From: Lagopus muta
Taxonomy: Eukaryota
Length of the DNA: 64,000 nt
Assembly (NCBI RefSeq): GCF_023343835.1
Contig: NC_064433.1
Coordinates: 177,371,076-177,435,075 of the forward strand
Direction of reading: 5' to 3'
Positions 26,366 through 40,600 of this stretch are shown piece by piece. The position numbers and the translations under genes were made by a program. The stretch's first letter is position 1. The number at the start of each line of letters is the position of its first letter. Under the pieces are notes generated by a model. The model worked only from the letters and a program-made list of their open reading frames with translations. It had not been told where the DNA came from and did no database searches.

Positions 26366-28067
26366 GACGGTGGCTATGTAGGGTAAGAACTCATTGCTGT
26401 TGAAGAATGACTGAACAATATCTGCATGTGTGGCAGTCTGGCTGAGCTTAATGAGCATACTGGTAAACAGGCTTTAACAGGTCATTGAGCATTGACTGGT
26501 TTGAGTTGTGCTGAGCAGTGCCATCATTACAGTCATATAGGATATGATTAGCCTTTAAAAATAGAGGTTTGTCCTTATTTTGTCAATTTAAATTGCTCCT
26601 TTTCCTTCTACATTTAATTCTTGAATGATTGACGTTGAAGAACAGTTTCATGAGATTTGCAGCTATAATTTTTTCTTGGATTATAGCACAATCTTTTACT
26701 TGCGAAATGATAAGTTTGTGGGTTGATAAGTATCCAAATTATACATGCCTTTATTTTGGCTTCATGCTGTAGGGAGAAGTCTTGGAGTGTCAGCACTAAG
26801 TTTAGGAAAGTACTGCTTTTAAAATTACAAGGTTTTTCTCTCTAGCTTTTGATAACCTTCATATGCACTGCTGCATTGCTTAGATTGTTTTTCCTAAGCA
26901 GCTTGCAGTTGACTAAGTCTTAAGTTTTAGCAACAATATCTTGATGTGGTGATTTCTCTGACTGCTGAGATGGGATGGGTGCTCAATACTGATAATAAAT
27001 ATGCAATTTTAATACATGCAGAAAATCAGAGTACTATATTTGCACTGAATGAACTGTGTATAATGATGAACGTGTATATTACTAAAATTATGAGAGGTGA
27101 GAGATTGGTATGTTGGAATAAAAATGATGTATTTTAGTCTGGCAACATGTCTTAATTTCTTGACAGTTTTTTTTTCTCCTTGTGTATTGCCAGGACTTGA
27201 AACATATGCTAGATTCCAAAGACGTGTTTTCTTTCTTTGTGAAATTTTGGATGCAGGCTTCTGGTTAAATAGTGTGTGTTATTGTGGGGGGGGAAAAGTT
27301 GCATCACCATGAGTCTTAGAGTTGATGACATGTCGTAATAGCAGATATAAATGATTTATATAATCTGATCTTTCTTATAACAAAAGCTGATGCTGGCAGA
27401 GTGGTGTCTTGTAACTCAATATTATAGCTAAATAATCTCTTTGAAAGAAGTTCTTAAGCAATGTGAATCACAGTTTTGGAGAAATTTTCATCTATAACTT
27501 TTAACACCAAGAAATTTTTTTTGTATTTTTACTGTATTTCTTCATGTTGTGTTGCTGATAACTCATTATAAAGTTGAGTATCGTCATTGCTGTTGCTTTT
27601 ATATGATGTTACAGTATATTATTTTAACAGCTACCAGTAACATTAATGCAACATTAATGCTGACAGAACAGTTTTTGCGAATCTGTATTTAATACAGTAA
27701 TCCTTGAAGAGCCAAGTTGCCTATTGGTGTCAGTTACTGCAAAATCACTGTGGATTTTTTTCTAAATGTAGAGTGCACAGTGCATATATACGCTATGTGA
27801 ACACTTCATGTTCTGCATGGGAACAGTACAGCTATATTTAGCTGCAAAGTTTAGGCTTCTCAGCCACAGAAGGCAGATGATGTAATACAAAATTAATCTG
27901 TTTAAAAGCAGATGATTGAGATAAATGTACAGTCCCAAAGAATACATATTTTTTTATATTTCACTTATTGGAAGTCTGGTACATTTGGGTTTTAAAATAT
28001 TATAAATTGTTTGTTTATTTTGTAAAATTCAGATAGGACAGCTCTAAGTGTAGATTGTTTTGCATAG

Positions 28068-28237
28068 ATGCGTTTAGCCCAGCACCTGCTGGTAACCAAG
28101 GCCCTCCTCCAATGATGGGTATGAATATGAACAACAGAGGAACTTTGCCTGGCCCTGCAATGGGTCCTGGTCCTTCCATGGGACCAGAAGGAGCTGCAAA
28201 TATGGGAACACCAATGATGCCAGATAATGGAACAGTG
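28068..28237 (+). CDS. PSPC1: PSPC1 coding exon, G/P/M-rich low-complexity tail (D)[56 protein letters not shown]
   Basis: The acceptor is ttgttttgcatag|AT and the donor is ACAGTG|gtaatg. The frame is continuous. The exon contains the PSPC1-specific motif [18 protein letters not shown]. Confidence 0.85.
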
Positions 28238-31200
28238 GTAATGTATCACAAATTTAATTACTTTGAATAGCTGTCATGTCTCATGACACGTTTTTATTAC
28301 CAAAGATATTTTCACACTGAATAAGACCACGTTAAAAGTTTTGACTTTGTTAAAAGTAATTGATAGACTTGTTCACTGAAATACATTGCAGAAGGAAAAT
28401 ATTTAGTATTAAAATAGAATTAGGAAAATTCCTCTTTCTTCAGGTGAGGAGGAAATTGTTTGATTAGTAAGCAGTAAAATCGAGGTTAGATTGCACAGTA
28501 TTTGTGGTAGAACTTAGTGTGCATAACCTGCCCTCAAAAAGCATGATAAAGGGAAATTAGATGTGAAGATGCATCCATATACCTGAGTAATCTGTAAAAT
28601 TAGGCTTTTGCTGTGTTTTTTTTTTCTTTTATAAAACAAGATTGCATTACCAGCTTTTTTTTTTTTTAAATAAATCCTGGAAGCTGTGTATAGTGTGAAG
28701 ATATCTTTGTGTAAGCTGCTCAATTTTTTAATGTGACCTTAGTATAGTATTTTCTACTTTCTTCCTAGTGGTGTTGAAAGCATAAGTTTGACAGTAATCA
28801 CTTGGAAAATCAGTACGCCAACAGCTGTTAGGCATAACTGTCAGGTCAGTGCAGGAAAGTAGGATTGAGCAGTTGCTGAAGATGCTATGAGTGTAGGACA
28901 GGCATCCGGATTTCTTTTATCAAGAGCAGATATGCCATTGGGCTGCAATTAGAGCACTAGCTATTTTTGCTCTTGTCTTGTAGCCAGTCACTTTTCCTAG
29001 CTGTAATGTCTTATGTAGAGAAACAACCGTGTCATTTTAGATCTCACATTTAAGTATTTTTCTGTAAATGGAGACTTGAGATGTTCTAGTGGGGATGTGT
29101 TATAAAGAAGAATGAAGTACAGCAGTGATTCCTTTATAATTTCATTGGAACACTGAAGCATTTGGTGACTGTAGTTTATGTATGCCTTCTAAACGGTATC
29201 AGTCTGTGACTAAGGTATCCGTATAATGAAGTTGTGACAAAATCCTTTGTTCCTTAAGGGAAAATGATAATTTGCATACAAAATGTATGATAAGTCTGTT
29301 CTTCCCCAGTGAGAGGAGTTGGCTGTGCTTCATATCATATGATGGGCTCGTTTTAGCAGTTCCATAACTTCTCACAGGGATGGGGGACAGGTTGCATTCT
29401 TCAAAGAATACTATTGGCAGAGATGCTTTTACTGGAAACTCCTGTGTTACTGAGCAGTCACCTCTGGAACATTATTTTGTGGTCATATAGATGCTGAAAA
29501 GAGGTGTGAGGGGAAAAAATCTGGAGTTACAAATCATGTTATCTATCTGAAATTGTTGTTTTTCTACAAGGTCATTCCAGTTATGAAAATGAAGGGAAGG
29601 GCATTTATAGGCTTTACAAAATATAGACTAAATATGAAGCAGTTAGTTTTCATTTTCTTCTGCGTGTTACTGAAGGACAAATGAGATGCCCTTTCATTTT
29701 GGACTGTAAGGGCTTTTAGTCTGGGTGACAGATGCCTGCAGCAGGGTATGTCCTTCTGTTGGCACTGGAAAGACGCTTCAGAGATTGTCTGAGCTCTGTC
29801 CCCTGAGGCGCTGTGAGAGTTGTTTTCCATTTCTCTGGAGAGAAACAGAGAATACGATTTATAGACCAGAAGTGTAATTTTCATTTTTAAATTTGACTTT
29901 GAATTTTGTTAAGTAGAATTTTTTTCTTGTTCTACTGCCATCCTTAAAATATCTTTGAACATAATGATTATAAATAGCTTTTTCCCTTATACTTTATTGT
30001 AGGTAGGTAATTAGTGTAGTTTTCTCTTTAGCTGGTTTGAGTTCTCCTTGTTAGAAAGAGTTGTTTTTGTCCAACAATGAAATGGTAAATATGACCATGA
30101 GTATGTGATAAGTATGTGTTGAATTTCATAACTGTTGCTACCAAGCTGTATTCATTTAAGATACTTTTCTAAACAAATTCCAAATAGTGCTGTAGATTTT
30201 AGGCTAATTTGGGACTTTAGCAGATCTTTATGCAGCTGTTGAAATAATTTTTGATGAGCTTTTAAGTAATGCATATATATATATGCACAACCATGATCTA
30301 AGTTATGTAAGATTTCTTTAATATAGATACCAATCCGTGTTTATCATTTAAGTGCCTTTGGAACTCTTGAGCCCTACTGTTACTACTGCAGTTAGACTTT
30401 CGGAAGAATTATTCTGTTTCAGGCATATAAATAGATGGTAGTTATTAAAGCTCTTTTTGAGCTCTCATTCCCGGGCTGTTGTGTGGCTCTCTGTTCAGAG
30501 GAATTTCTTCTGAAAGTGTAACTGTCCTCAGTGGCTGAAGAGTTATTTCAAAATCTGTTTGTACCATACATCTATGCATTTAATGGTTTGTCTTATGCTG
30601 AGGTAATGTTTTGTACTTCATTATGTAGAATTCTGTTTTTAAACACTTAAATGGTGAACTATAAGTATTTAGATGCATGTTTTCTGTTTCAAGCCTTTAT
30701 TGCTATAGCCGAATAAACCTAAGTACGTGTATCTGTTGGATAAGGAGCTAAGGAACACATGCAACATTAACTGGATTTTCATCTTTTATTCATATTTCAG
30801 ATGATACTTTATTTTTGAATGAAGCATAGTCTATGCATTTTATAACTAGTGTATCTGATTTGGGCTTTAAAAGTCCATTTAAAGATTACTAAGGTTTATT
30901 ATGAAAGGCTAACTCCAGGTCATGTGGACTGAAACTACAAATAGGTGGATGTGTAAATTCTAAGATTGTTTCACTATTAGAAGAATGAAACTGTAGTCTC
31001 TAGAAATAAATAAATTTAAAAAAAAAGTTGAACTTTTTCTAGTTTAACAATGTTTATATGCTTAACTTCTTTGATAGAGAAGTACTGTGATTAGTGTATA
31101 AGGCAAAAGAAGACTAGGGTATAAAATTACTGTTCACTCCCTTCTGTTACATAGAATATATTACTGCTTTGTGTTGAGCACCGGAGTTGGTCTTAATTAA

Positions 31201-31416
31201 AAACTTAAGAATTTACAAAGTCAGAGCATAACATTAGCAGTCTCTGATTTCCACATCCTTTTTGATAATAACTAATTGAATTGCTCCTTTCTTCCCTCTA
31301 TGTGTGATCCTGATTCTGCTGGACTATCTGCTGAACTTCCTGACAACATCACTTGTGTAACTTACATCACTTTTGTTTAACTTACATTTGGCATGTTCCA
31401 AATGGACTTGTTTTAG

Positions 31417-31602
31417 CATAATGAGAGATTCCCTCAAGGAGGTCCATCACAGATGGGCTCACCTCTGGTTAGTAGAACGGGCTCCGAAACTCCTCAGCCG
31501 CCCATGAGTGGTGTAGGTACCGTGAGTGGTGGACCTGGTGGCTTTGGTAGAGGAAACCCAGGGGGCAACTTTGAAGGACCTAACAAGCGTCGCAGATACT
31601 AA
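31417..31602 (+). CDS. PSPC1: PSPC1 terminal coding exon [61 protein letters not shown]
   Basis: The acceptor is ttgttttag|CAT. The stop codon TAA lies at 31600-31602. The C-terminus ...[13 protein letters not shown] is the recalled PSPC1 end. Confidence 0.85.
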
Positions 31603-31890
31603 AACTTACTTCATTCCTTGCTGTTAAGAAATTCCAGTAAACATATACAGTGATATGCCTTTATAATTTTAGCTGTTATCTGGAAACGGTTTTATTGTTA
31701 CTGTAGTCTTTAAAACAGTTTCTTTTGTAAAACTTTTTTGTATTCGGTCATAGGCTTTGTAGTATAGTGCAGAAATTATGCAGATCATTATGTAAGGCAA
31801 TGTGTTTGTGACTAGCAAAATACAGTGTGTGACTATGCTGTAAAACATGCGGTTATCTGATGACAATAAAATATAAAATTCACTTGAAAG
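31603..31890 (+). other. PSPC1: PSPC1 3' UTR, proximal polyadenylation site
   Basis: This is non-coding sequence after the stop codon, and an AATAAA hexamer sits about 265 nt downstream. Longer UTR isoforms are not excluded. Confidence 0.5.
31865..31870 (+). promoter_or_regulatory. PSPC1: AATAAA polyadenylation signal for PSPC1
   Basis: This is the first canonical AATAAA after the PSPC1 stop codon, found in the sequence tgacAATAAAatataaaattcac. Confidence 0.5.
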
Positions 31891-34133
31891 GATTTTGGGA
31901 ATGTTATTACAAATACTGAGTGAGAATAATTTTATGCTTGGTTATAAGTGGCATCGTTTTCATTCTTCGTATGCAGTTTCTGCTTGTGTGTCGAAAATTC
32001 CGTTCGTAGTGAATCTGTTCAGCTTGAAGTGCATGTAGCAGTACATACTATGAACAATTTACATTGCAGCTGCTTAAGTTTGCTTCAACTTCTGAAGACC
32101 GTAAAGTTTTATACAAATTGTTCTTATGAGGATACTGTGTCTTTTTATCTCAGCTTCCCTCTGCAAACTTAGTCTGACAGTGTCTGTCCTTACAATCACT
32201 GGAAAAATTTGAGAGAAAAATAACCTCTGGAAAAGAAACCTGTATGTTTACTTTGTTCACAATGGAATGGATGAATTTATCTAAGAAACATTGTTGTGAT
32301 GTGTTCTAATGATTGTTAAAGTATCCTGGCATTGCAAGGGAAGGAAGCATTTGTGCAAGCTTGTTTAAAGCCTTCTGATGTATGATGTATCACTGTAGGT
32401 ATACATGAGTACTTACTTCTCCCAGTGGTTGACATGAAACAAATCTGTTATAACAATTAACTGTTAATTCAAAGACAAGTGTTCTCTGCTGAAATGATTG
32501 TTCACTCATAGGTAGAGCATTCATATGCTTCTAGAAGGACTGCACATTAGTATATGATTCTATGATTCTTGACGTGGTTTTACTGAACAATGAATTTGGA
32601 AAACACTCATTTTCAACATTTCAGGCTAGCTTTGCTGATCAGGTCTTAAGATGGAACTAATGATAAAACTGCTAGGAAGCTTATATTCAAACTTCATCAG
32701 TCGTGGAAGGTGATGGAAAAGGCCTATTGGTTCTATTCCCATAATGGCAAGAAAGCTGGGATGTTTTTTGGTTATACTACTTTTTTTTTCCTGTGAAAGT
32801 ATTAGTGTTCTGTTTTTATCTGTTCGCTTCATGTTTTCACAAGTAGAAAAGATGAATATTATTTGCATGAGTAGTGGTATTAAATTGATTCAAAACTAAT
32901 TTGAGGTAATGTTGTTCCCTAATAATATAAAGATGATATGTATGTAGCTCGAAGCATGAGATGCAAGCAGCAGAGAGCATGCATGTATTATGTTCTAATA
33001 TAGCGGTGATGGTCTTGGTAAACTGTGAATAAATAGTAATGGGAAAGATGCATTACTGACATCTTGGAAGCACACTGTTTAAATTGTCAGTGTTGTATGG
33101 CCAAAGATAGAGATTGTTTTCATGGAATTTAAATATTACCATATTCTTTAGATACTCACTTGTGGCATTACTAAGCATTTTCCTCTCAATCATCTCTAAT
33201 GTTGCCTTTTTTTCTGCTCTCATTTAGATGCATGCCACATCTTTATAGGTTGTATTGCAATAGTAAGATAGATTCAAATTCTGAAATACTGCTCCCTCCT
33301 TGATACATGTATCATATTATAGTGCTCATTCTTTACAAACAAACAAAAACCTTATAACCGATTTTACTAACTATACTGTTCCTAAAACTGAACGTTTGGG
33401 AAAACTGCTACTATTCATTAGGTGTGCACAAGTATTGGTAGCAAATGCTTAAGCTTTCTGCTTTCATGTTCTGCGTTCAGTTGAAAATACAGTTTACTAG
33501 TGTGTGTAAGTATTAGATTACTTACATCCTATCTCATTAGGCCTTGTTTTGAACATGATGTTTTTAATGGGGTTTGAGAAAGATAGTATTGGTCTGAGTT
33601 ATTTGGTAATTCTAAACTGCAAAAACCCTAAAAGGGAACTTGGCTCAAATAAGGTAACCTGTACCATGTTTATGAGTTTTGTTCTGTTTTTTTTTTTTTT
33701 TTTCCAAAGAAGAAAACAGTCATTCAGAACTTTTAACCGACTCCTGTATATTTCAGGTGTGTGTAAACCACCATCCCTGTAGTGTCTGAACATGTTTCAG
33801 GAGCCCAGAAAGCATACCAAACCTGCAGAAGTGGTTTGTAATTTCTTAGCCAGCCACAGACTATTTTAAGTGCATGTACTTGTGCTGCATTTTTTTGTTT
33901 GCAAGCCAAGATAATTTGAAGATTACTGTAGATTTCAATTGATACTGGTGGTTTTCATTCTGTAGTTGAGAGCCATTGTCAGTGTAAAACTGTGGTCTGC
34001 TAGTGTAAAACTGCTGCATGCTAGTGAGTTTGTCTGCTGCCCTTATTGCAGAAAATCGTCTAATCCATGAACCAAGCCTTTAAGTTCAGAAAAATACTGA
34101 AATGCTGCATTTGGATGCATCTAATGATTTAAT

Positions 34134-34610
34134 GAATCACACAGAATGGCCCAGGTTGGAAGGGAGGGACCTCAAGAAGCTCCAACCCCCCTGCCACATG
34201 CAGGGCCACCAACCTCCCCATTTAATACCAGACCAGGTTGCCCAGGGCCCCATCCAACCTGGCCTTGAACACCTCCAGGGACGGGGCATCCACAGCCTCT
34301 CTGGGCAGCCTGTTCCAGCACCTCACCACTCTCTCTGTAAAGAACTTCCCCCTGACATCCAACCTCAATCTTCCCTCCCTCAACTTAAAACCATTTCCCC
34401 CTGTCCTGCTGTTATCTACCCTTTCAAAGAGTTGATTCCCCTCCTGTTTGTAGGCTCCCTTAAGGTTCTGAAAGGCTGCAGTGAGGTTACCTCACAGCCT
34501 TCTTTTCTCCAGGCTGAACAAACCAGCTCCCTCAGCCTGTCTTCATAGGAGAGGTGCTCCAGTCCCCTGATCATCTTTGTGGCTCTCCTCTGGACCCTCT
34601 GGATTTAATG
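34134..34610 (-). mobile_element. CR1 LINE 3' portion (~480 bp)
   Basis: The sequence cacagaatggcccaggttggaagggagggacctcaagaagctccaaccccctgcc...ccatccaacctggccttgaacacctccagggacggggcatccacagcctctctgggcagcctgttccag... is the abundant avian CR1 3' region in minus orientation. The 148-aa + strand ORF at 34102-34548 is the usual spurious antisense ORF of this repeat. Confidence 0.85.
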
Positions 34611-37600
34611 AATTCCATCTGTAGCTAATGACAGGCTCCCCTGTCTCTAAGATGAGTTTTCTAAGCATTATCTGGCCATAGAATCAACATGATTGTATAC
34701 TGCTCAGCAGCAAAGACAGTGTTTTTCATTTTGCCATATGTGGTAGTGAATGTAGCTGTACAATGAGTATATAATTTCCTCAGGAATTACAGAATTAGAA
34801 TTTTTTGCTAGAAGATAATGCCCATGCACTCAAAGCGATTCATTGAGATTAAAAGGAGTTAATCAGTTTTTCTGTGCAAAGATGTGCTTGGATTTTGAAC
34901 TCCTTGGTATGTTAGACTGGAAAGAACAGTGAGGTCCTGACGGCTGTGATCTGTGACAGTGCGGATAAGCTTGGAAGATGTGTGAGACTGAGAAGATTGT
35001 TTCTTTTCTTTGTATTTGGATTCTTAGGTTATTTATAAATTCAGTGTAAAATGTGATTTGATTTCAGTACATGCAGGCAGTAAAGCTTTAATATTCCATA
35101 TAAATAAAACCAAATAAAACCAAACAAAACCAATAATGCAATTCCTCATAGAACACTACTGTGTATTCTGTTTTTATTGGAACAAAATGGAGCACGTTTG
35201 GGAATAATGAAAATCACTCTTTGCTCGTTTATTAGCTTGTCATCCATGAGCTCCTGGTGTTTACAGTGTGACAGCAGTAGGTGGCTGCCCAGACTGGGGG
35301 GAAAAAAAATTATTCCTGGTTAAATGTTGACAAACATTCAGAGTTGTCTGACGTGGCTCAGTGCATTTTTCCTCTAAATATTATGTGGGCAATTGATTTA
35401 AAATATTTGAGGAACGCTTCTCTTGAATACTCTTTAGAAAATTGTTAGGAATTTTTTTGGTTTTGGTTTGGTTTTCTTTGCTGGTGGGTATGGGCATTCA
35501 TTGCTGGGATGAAAGGAAAGCAATGAGAGCTACTGAAACACTGTGAGAAGCTGTTACTGCGGTTCAGCAGCATTTTCAAATGGTCCAGCTTGTTAATTGC
35601 ATTTGCGTTTATTGCCATGGTCACTTGAAGAACAGCAAAAAAGTTGATTTGTTTATAGCTCTTCATTCCAGTGTGCTCATTACGTAGAGCACTTGGATAC
35701 CTTGGGAAGCTCAGTGGTGTTTCATATACTTGAACTGCATTTATTTTGTAAGAACATCATTAAAATTGCTGTGAATTATCTAACTGTTCTTCATTGTGCG
35801 CTCCTGTATTCTACGCAGTCGAACCTAAAGGCACAGTAGAGTGAGGACCTTCATGAGGACGGGGGTTGTAACAAATGGCAAGGACACAGTGAGAAACTAA
35901 ATACTGCATGGACTTAATTTTAACCGTTATCTAATAGAAGTTTATAGCACAGACTCGTTGAGTGGTGTTCTGATCTGAAGTATATTCTCATATTTTCAAA
36001 TTTATACCTAGTTAATTTTCCCTTTGTTTTTTTCTTTATTACTTTAAAAACAGAACAGTAATTGGTGGTTCTTTTAATAAAGGAACTACATTAAAGATGT
36101 ACAAAGTTCTAGGAAGTGCTGATTATTAACCTGTTACAATCTTCCTGTAGACAATTGCTCAGTAATGCTCAAGTAACTGACCTGAGGGACATTCTCGTGT
36201 TATTAAAAAAAAAATAAAATAAAATAAATCCACACAGCAACATCACGTGTTTTTGGTTTAGATATTCAGCAAAGAAATAGTGTGCTCTGATGCTGTGAGG
36301 CTCAATTTGTTTATTTTTTAAGTTGTGAGAACTAGTTTATTGGCATATATCTTAATAAACATATTTTAACAAGTTACATGATAATTCCTTCTCATTTAAG
36401 ATGACAGGTATTAATATACAGCAAGAGAGATGTTGAAATAGAAGGGTTGGCCAAATGGTGACTGATGAAGTCACTTTACATTGAGCTGTAGGTGTGAGTG
36501 GATTCCGAGTTCCATTCCTGAGGTTTGGATGGTGCATTGCCATGCATCTTCTGACACAGTCTGCAGCTGTGATGCCTGTTAGCTCATGCCTCACACTGAG
36601 ACTGTGGGACTTGAGAGAGCATTTGAAATAAGTGTTATTTCATTGTGTTCTTTGGGGTTTGGTGCTTTCTTTGGTGCATAGGCTTCTGGCACAGTGTGGT
36701 ATCACTCCAACTTCCAGATGTGTCAGTAGTGAGGAGGCAATGAGTGTGGCCCTCAAAAATCAGGAGCTGGACATTGGTCTGTGAAATTATTGGTTTATAT
36801 GAGACTGGACCATCCCCAGAGCGTTTGTTCTCATTAAAATCAATTTGATGAAGCGTGAGAACTTAATAGCAGGAGCGATTAAGAACATGTAATGCTGAGT
36901 CATACGTAGTTTTTCCCATAGAACTGGCAGTTTGTTGCCTTTTGGAATGTGCTGTAAAATAGACATAGGTCGTCTCCTGCTTTGTCCTTCCTCTGCTGTG
37001 AAGAAATCTGTTGTGTTGTTTGTTTGTTTCCCGAAGAACATTTTGAAAATTGTAGTTAAAGGCATTTCAGGTTTGTTTTGTTTTCATAGTCATCTGCAAA
37101 ATACTGAAATTTATTAAAAAAAAAAAAAAAGTTATCTGTCTAAATGTAATTGTAGGATCAACAAAATAAACTGTTAATTGTTTGTGAAAACAATGTTCTT
37201 GGTTTTTAAAGCATGTGAAAGCCAGCCTTGTGTGTGCTCATTCTCAGTGGGATAGATTTAATGGGTCTTTTCCATCTTGAACTTCCTTAAACTGTGTTTA
37301 ATGTAATTGAAGTTTGGTATTTATTTGAATGACCATCCTGATTTCTAAAACTGGTAACAGGTGGGTGTCTTCAGAAAAGTAATTAAGGGCAGGTCATTGA
37401 AGGAAACATTTGGGACAGTTTTAAGTTTAACGATGAATAGAGGTTATGTAAGTGAATAGAGGTAAAATCATTTGTAAAGCTTTTCACAGTTTTTATATAC
37501 AAACCACAGTATCAGAAAAACAGCTCTGTATATGTGAGTAAACACTTACTGATTTGTGTGTGATGCCTGAAATAGGAGACAAAATGCTCACAGTAAGGTA

Positions 37601-40600
37601 TGAGATTCGAAAGGAATTTAGCTGTGTTATTGCATACAAGTGTTGGTAAGATTTATTGCTTTGTGTCAGAAATCAGTTTGTCTACAGCTCTGTTTGTAGT
37701 TTCACTGGCGTGCTTTTATGTCTCCTCTTTAGAGTAAAGCATAGCTGTATAATATGATGGAATTGACATGCTAAATGTATGTGGGGCTTGGAAGAAGCGC
37801 AGTCAGAATAAAGATGTCGTTCTTGCCATTGGTTTCTCAGTTTAAAAAAAATCACGCAAATTTGAACAGGAGTAAATGTGAAGTCTTGTATGTAAATGGA
37901 AAATGGGGTGGGGGAATAAAGAAACGTTAAAAACGGGAGAATTGTGGTTTAATTCTATGTCTACATAAGATGTACAAAAGTAACGTGAATCCTTTTTTTC
38001 TGTGAAACCCACAAACTCATTTTTAACAGGAAAGACAGAAATTTCTTGGATTTTTTAAACTAGGAGCTAAGTCTTCTACCAATGAAAATCGTAACTGGAA
38101 TGAACAGACAATTGGGTTCTTTTTAATATTCGTGAGTTGTAGGAAGGTCGTAGCAATTGGATACATTTCTTCTTTAGAAGAACTTCTGTAGGACGTGAAT
38201 TTTGTGGCTGGTTACAGCAGCTAGATACAATGTACAAGCCTCGCATTTCTCTCTTCTCCGACCAGTGGAAATCCAAACTTAAGCTTGTGTATCATTGCCA
38301 GATAAGCAGCAAGCAGAAAGTATGAAGGAAAGTAAAATAGTATTTACTGTGAAATGTGGAACAGGGCAAGGATATTTTCATTAGATTCTTTTGCTTTTAT
38401 TTCACTGTAATCATTTATTTATGTGGAAGAGAAAGTAATTTTATTCTCAGTGAATACTTGAAAAGGAGAAAACCAAATGGTTTTCCCTCTTCAGATGACC
38501 ATATATACTTAAGCAAGTGGAAAGAGGAAATGTGATAAATTTTGAAGGATGCAGAAAGCACAGACATAATTTTTGCAGCTGGTTGCTCTTGGTGTCACTG
38601 ACATTCTACTATGCTTTTTTTTTTAAGCTCTATTATTATAGATTCTGCTTTGCCTTCATTATATACTGTAAAAGGATTTATTCTGCCATGCTGTTGCTAA
38701 GCTTAAAATATTTGATCTGGCATAAAATCACAGAAAGAGCATGCACAGTTACTGTGATGTTGGAGAACACAATTACTCTGAACTCAGAACTGAAGTCTTT
38801 TTTTTTTTTTAATCTTTTAAGCTGCTTACAGATGTTTTAAATGTTTGTATGAGAAATCTTGAACATATTTGAAGTCTTTATGTACATATAAAAAGAATAA
38901 ACACAGTGCCTGCAGACAGGAAGAGCCTTTTGCTACTTGCCTGCTTTGTGCCACCCTTACATCTCTGCCCATGCTCACTGCTCTGAGCAGGGTAAGGGAG
39001 CCTCATAATGTTACTGGTTGTGCTCATTACATGGTGAAGGAAGGGAGAACAGTGGGAGGGCAGTGAGACAGGGCGATAGGACTGTGCGCTTGGGTTAGTT
39101 TGCCCTGTATCTACATACTGCAAAGAGAATGTGATTTTATGTATGTTCTCATCAAGTGAAACTGCCTATCTGTTCAGTACTTCAGTACTGTGGTACTTTG
39201 AGCAATAACTCAGCTTAGAAACAGATGAGAAATGTATTTCAAGGCTCAGATCTCTGAATAATGTGGTTCCATTTTGCATTGTTAAATACTTGATCTAGGA
39301 GGGCAGCTATTCAGAATAATGAGGAATTGGTTTATGCTAAAATGTTGGGCCAAAGTCTATACAAGCTTAGCCTGTCCACTTTCTATGGTTGTATGCTAGT
39401 CAATAAAACATGGAAAATAGTGTTCTTCATGCTTTCTCCAAGAAAGATAATACATACAGTTGCTTTATGGAAGCAAACCTATTCATATGTATTTTTTTCT
39501 TTGAAGAAAACTTGAATTGCAGTTACAAAAATGGGAAATCTTGTCTTTAGAAAGCTGACGTTCTTCATTCTTTGATACAGTAGCACTGCATTGTTGCAGA
39601 TATTCTTGTAAGCACTTCTAAGGGGTGGAGCATATGAAAGGTAAGCTGCATCTCCAGTTTTAAGCAACTTGAATCAAAACCTTTTCCAGAAAGCACAGAA
39701 GGAAAAGTACAGCAATGAAATGGTAGCTCCTCTTCTGTTCTGTTCCGGCGTGGAGCGTTGTGCTTCTGGGACTCACAGCACTGTGCTGGTTGTAGGTCCA
39801 CATCTGAAATGTTGAGAACCAGAGCTGTACCAAATGATACAGAAGTTGCTTCTGAATTAGCATGTGACAAATGCAGTGATTACATTTCAACAGTGGAAAG
39901 GTCAGAATTTTGAAATAAAATCTATGGAGTAATTGTCATATGTTACATGACTGGTCTGTAAGTGAAAATTGTCAACTTGGCAGTTGAAATTAGAGCTGCT
40001 TCGTATATGTGCTGGTTGATTGTTGTCATGTTATGCTTTGTTCATAGTTTTTGCAATACAGCTTAATGCATGTTCAGTTTTGTTAATTCTTGCATCACAC
40101 TTGTGTACAATCTCACTTTGTATTACAGTGCTGAATGCAAAAATGCAGGAGGTGGGAACTAGAGCGTTTGTTTACTCCTGTGTAACTGTTGTTTAGAAGT
40201 GTTTTTCTTTGCTAAGCTTGCTTTATTTTGTGTTCACTTTGCTTGTTCTGTGCAAAATACGCTTTTCCTGTTGCATGTGGGGAAAAAGTATCAAGTCATT
40301 TTAAGTGTGTTTATTAGGAGAGTGAGCTGGAATTCTGAGGGTGCTTCTTACTGTTTTTAAAATGAAAGCTTAGAATAAAATCATTTGGAATACTTTTCTG
40401 CATGTCTACACGTGATTTTTTTTCCTGCTTAGGGACTATTTCAGTATTAATGTTAATAATAAGAGGGCTGAATTTGCATATACCTGTTTTCAATCACAAG
40501 CACGCGTGCAAGACAGTAATGGAATCACGAATGACTTGATGTTTGCTCCGAACAGTGCTGTAACTCCTTGACTTATACTAAATGTAACAAAAATAATTCT

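Noticed and set aside
34102-34548. 148-aa ORF on the + strand, the longest forward ORF in the intergenic region
   Set aside because: It lies entirely inside a minus-oriented CR1 3' region. It is the well-known spurious antisense ORF of this repeat, of the form ...PGLEHLQGRGIHSLSGQPVP.... It has no start-codon context or splice signals.
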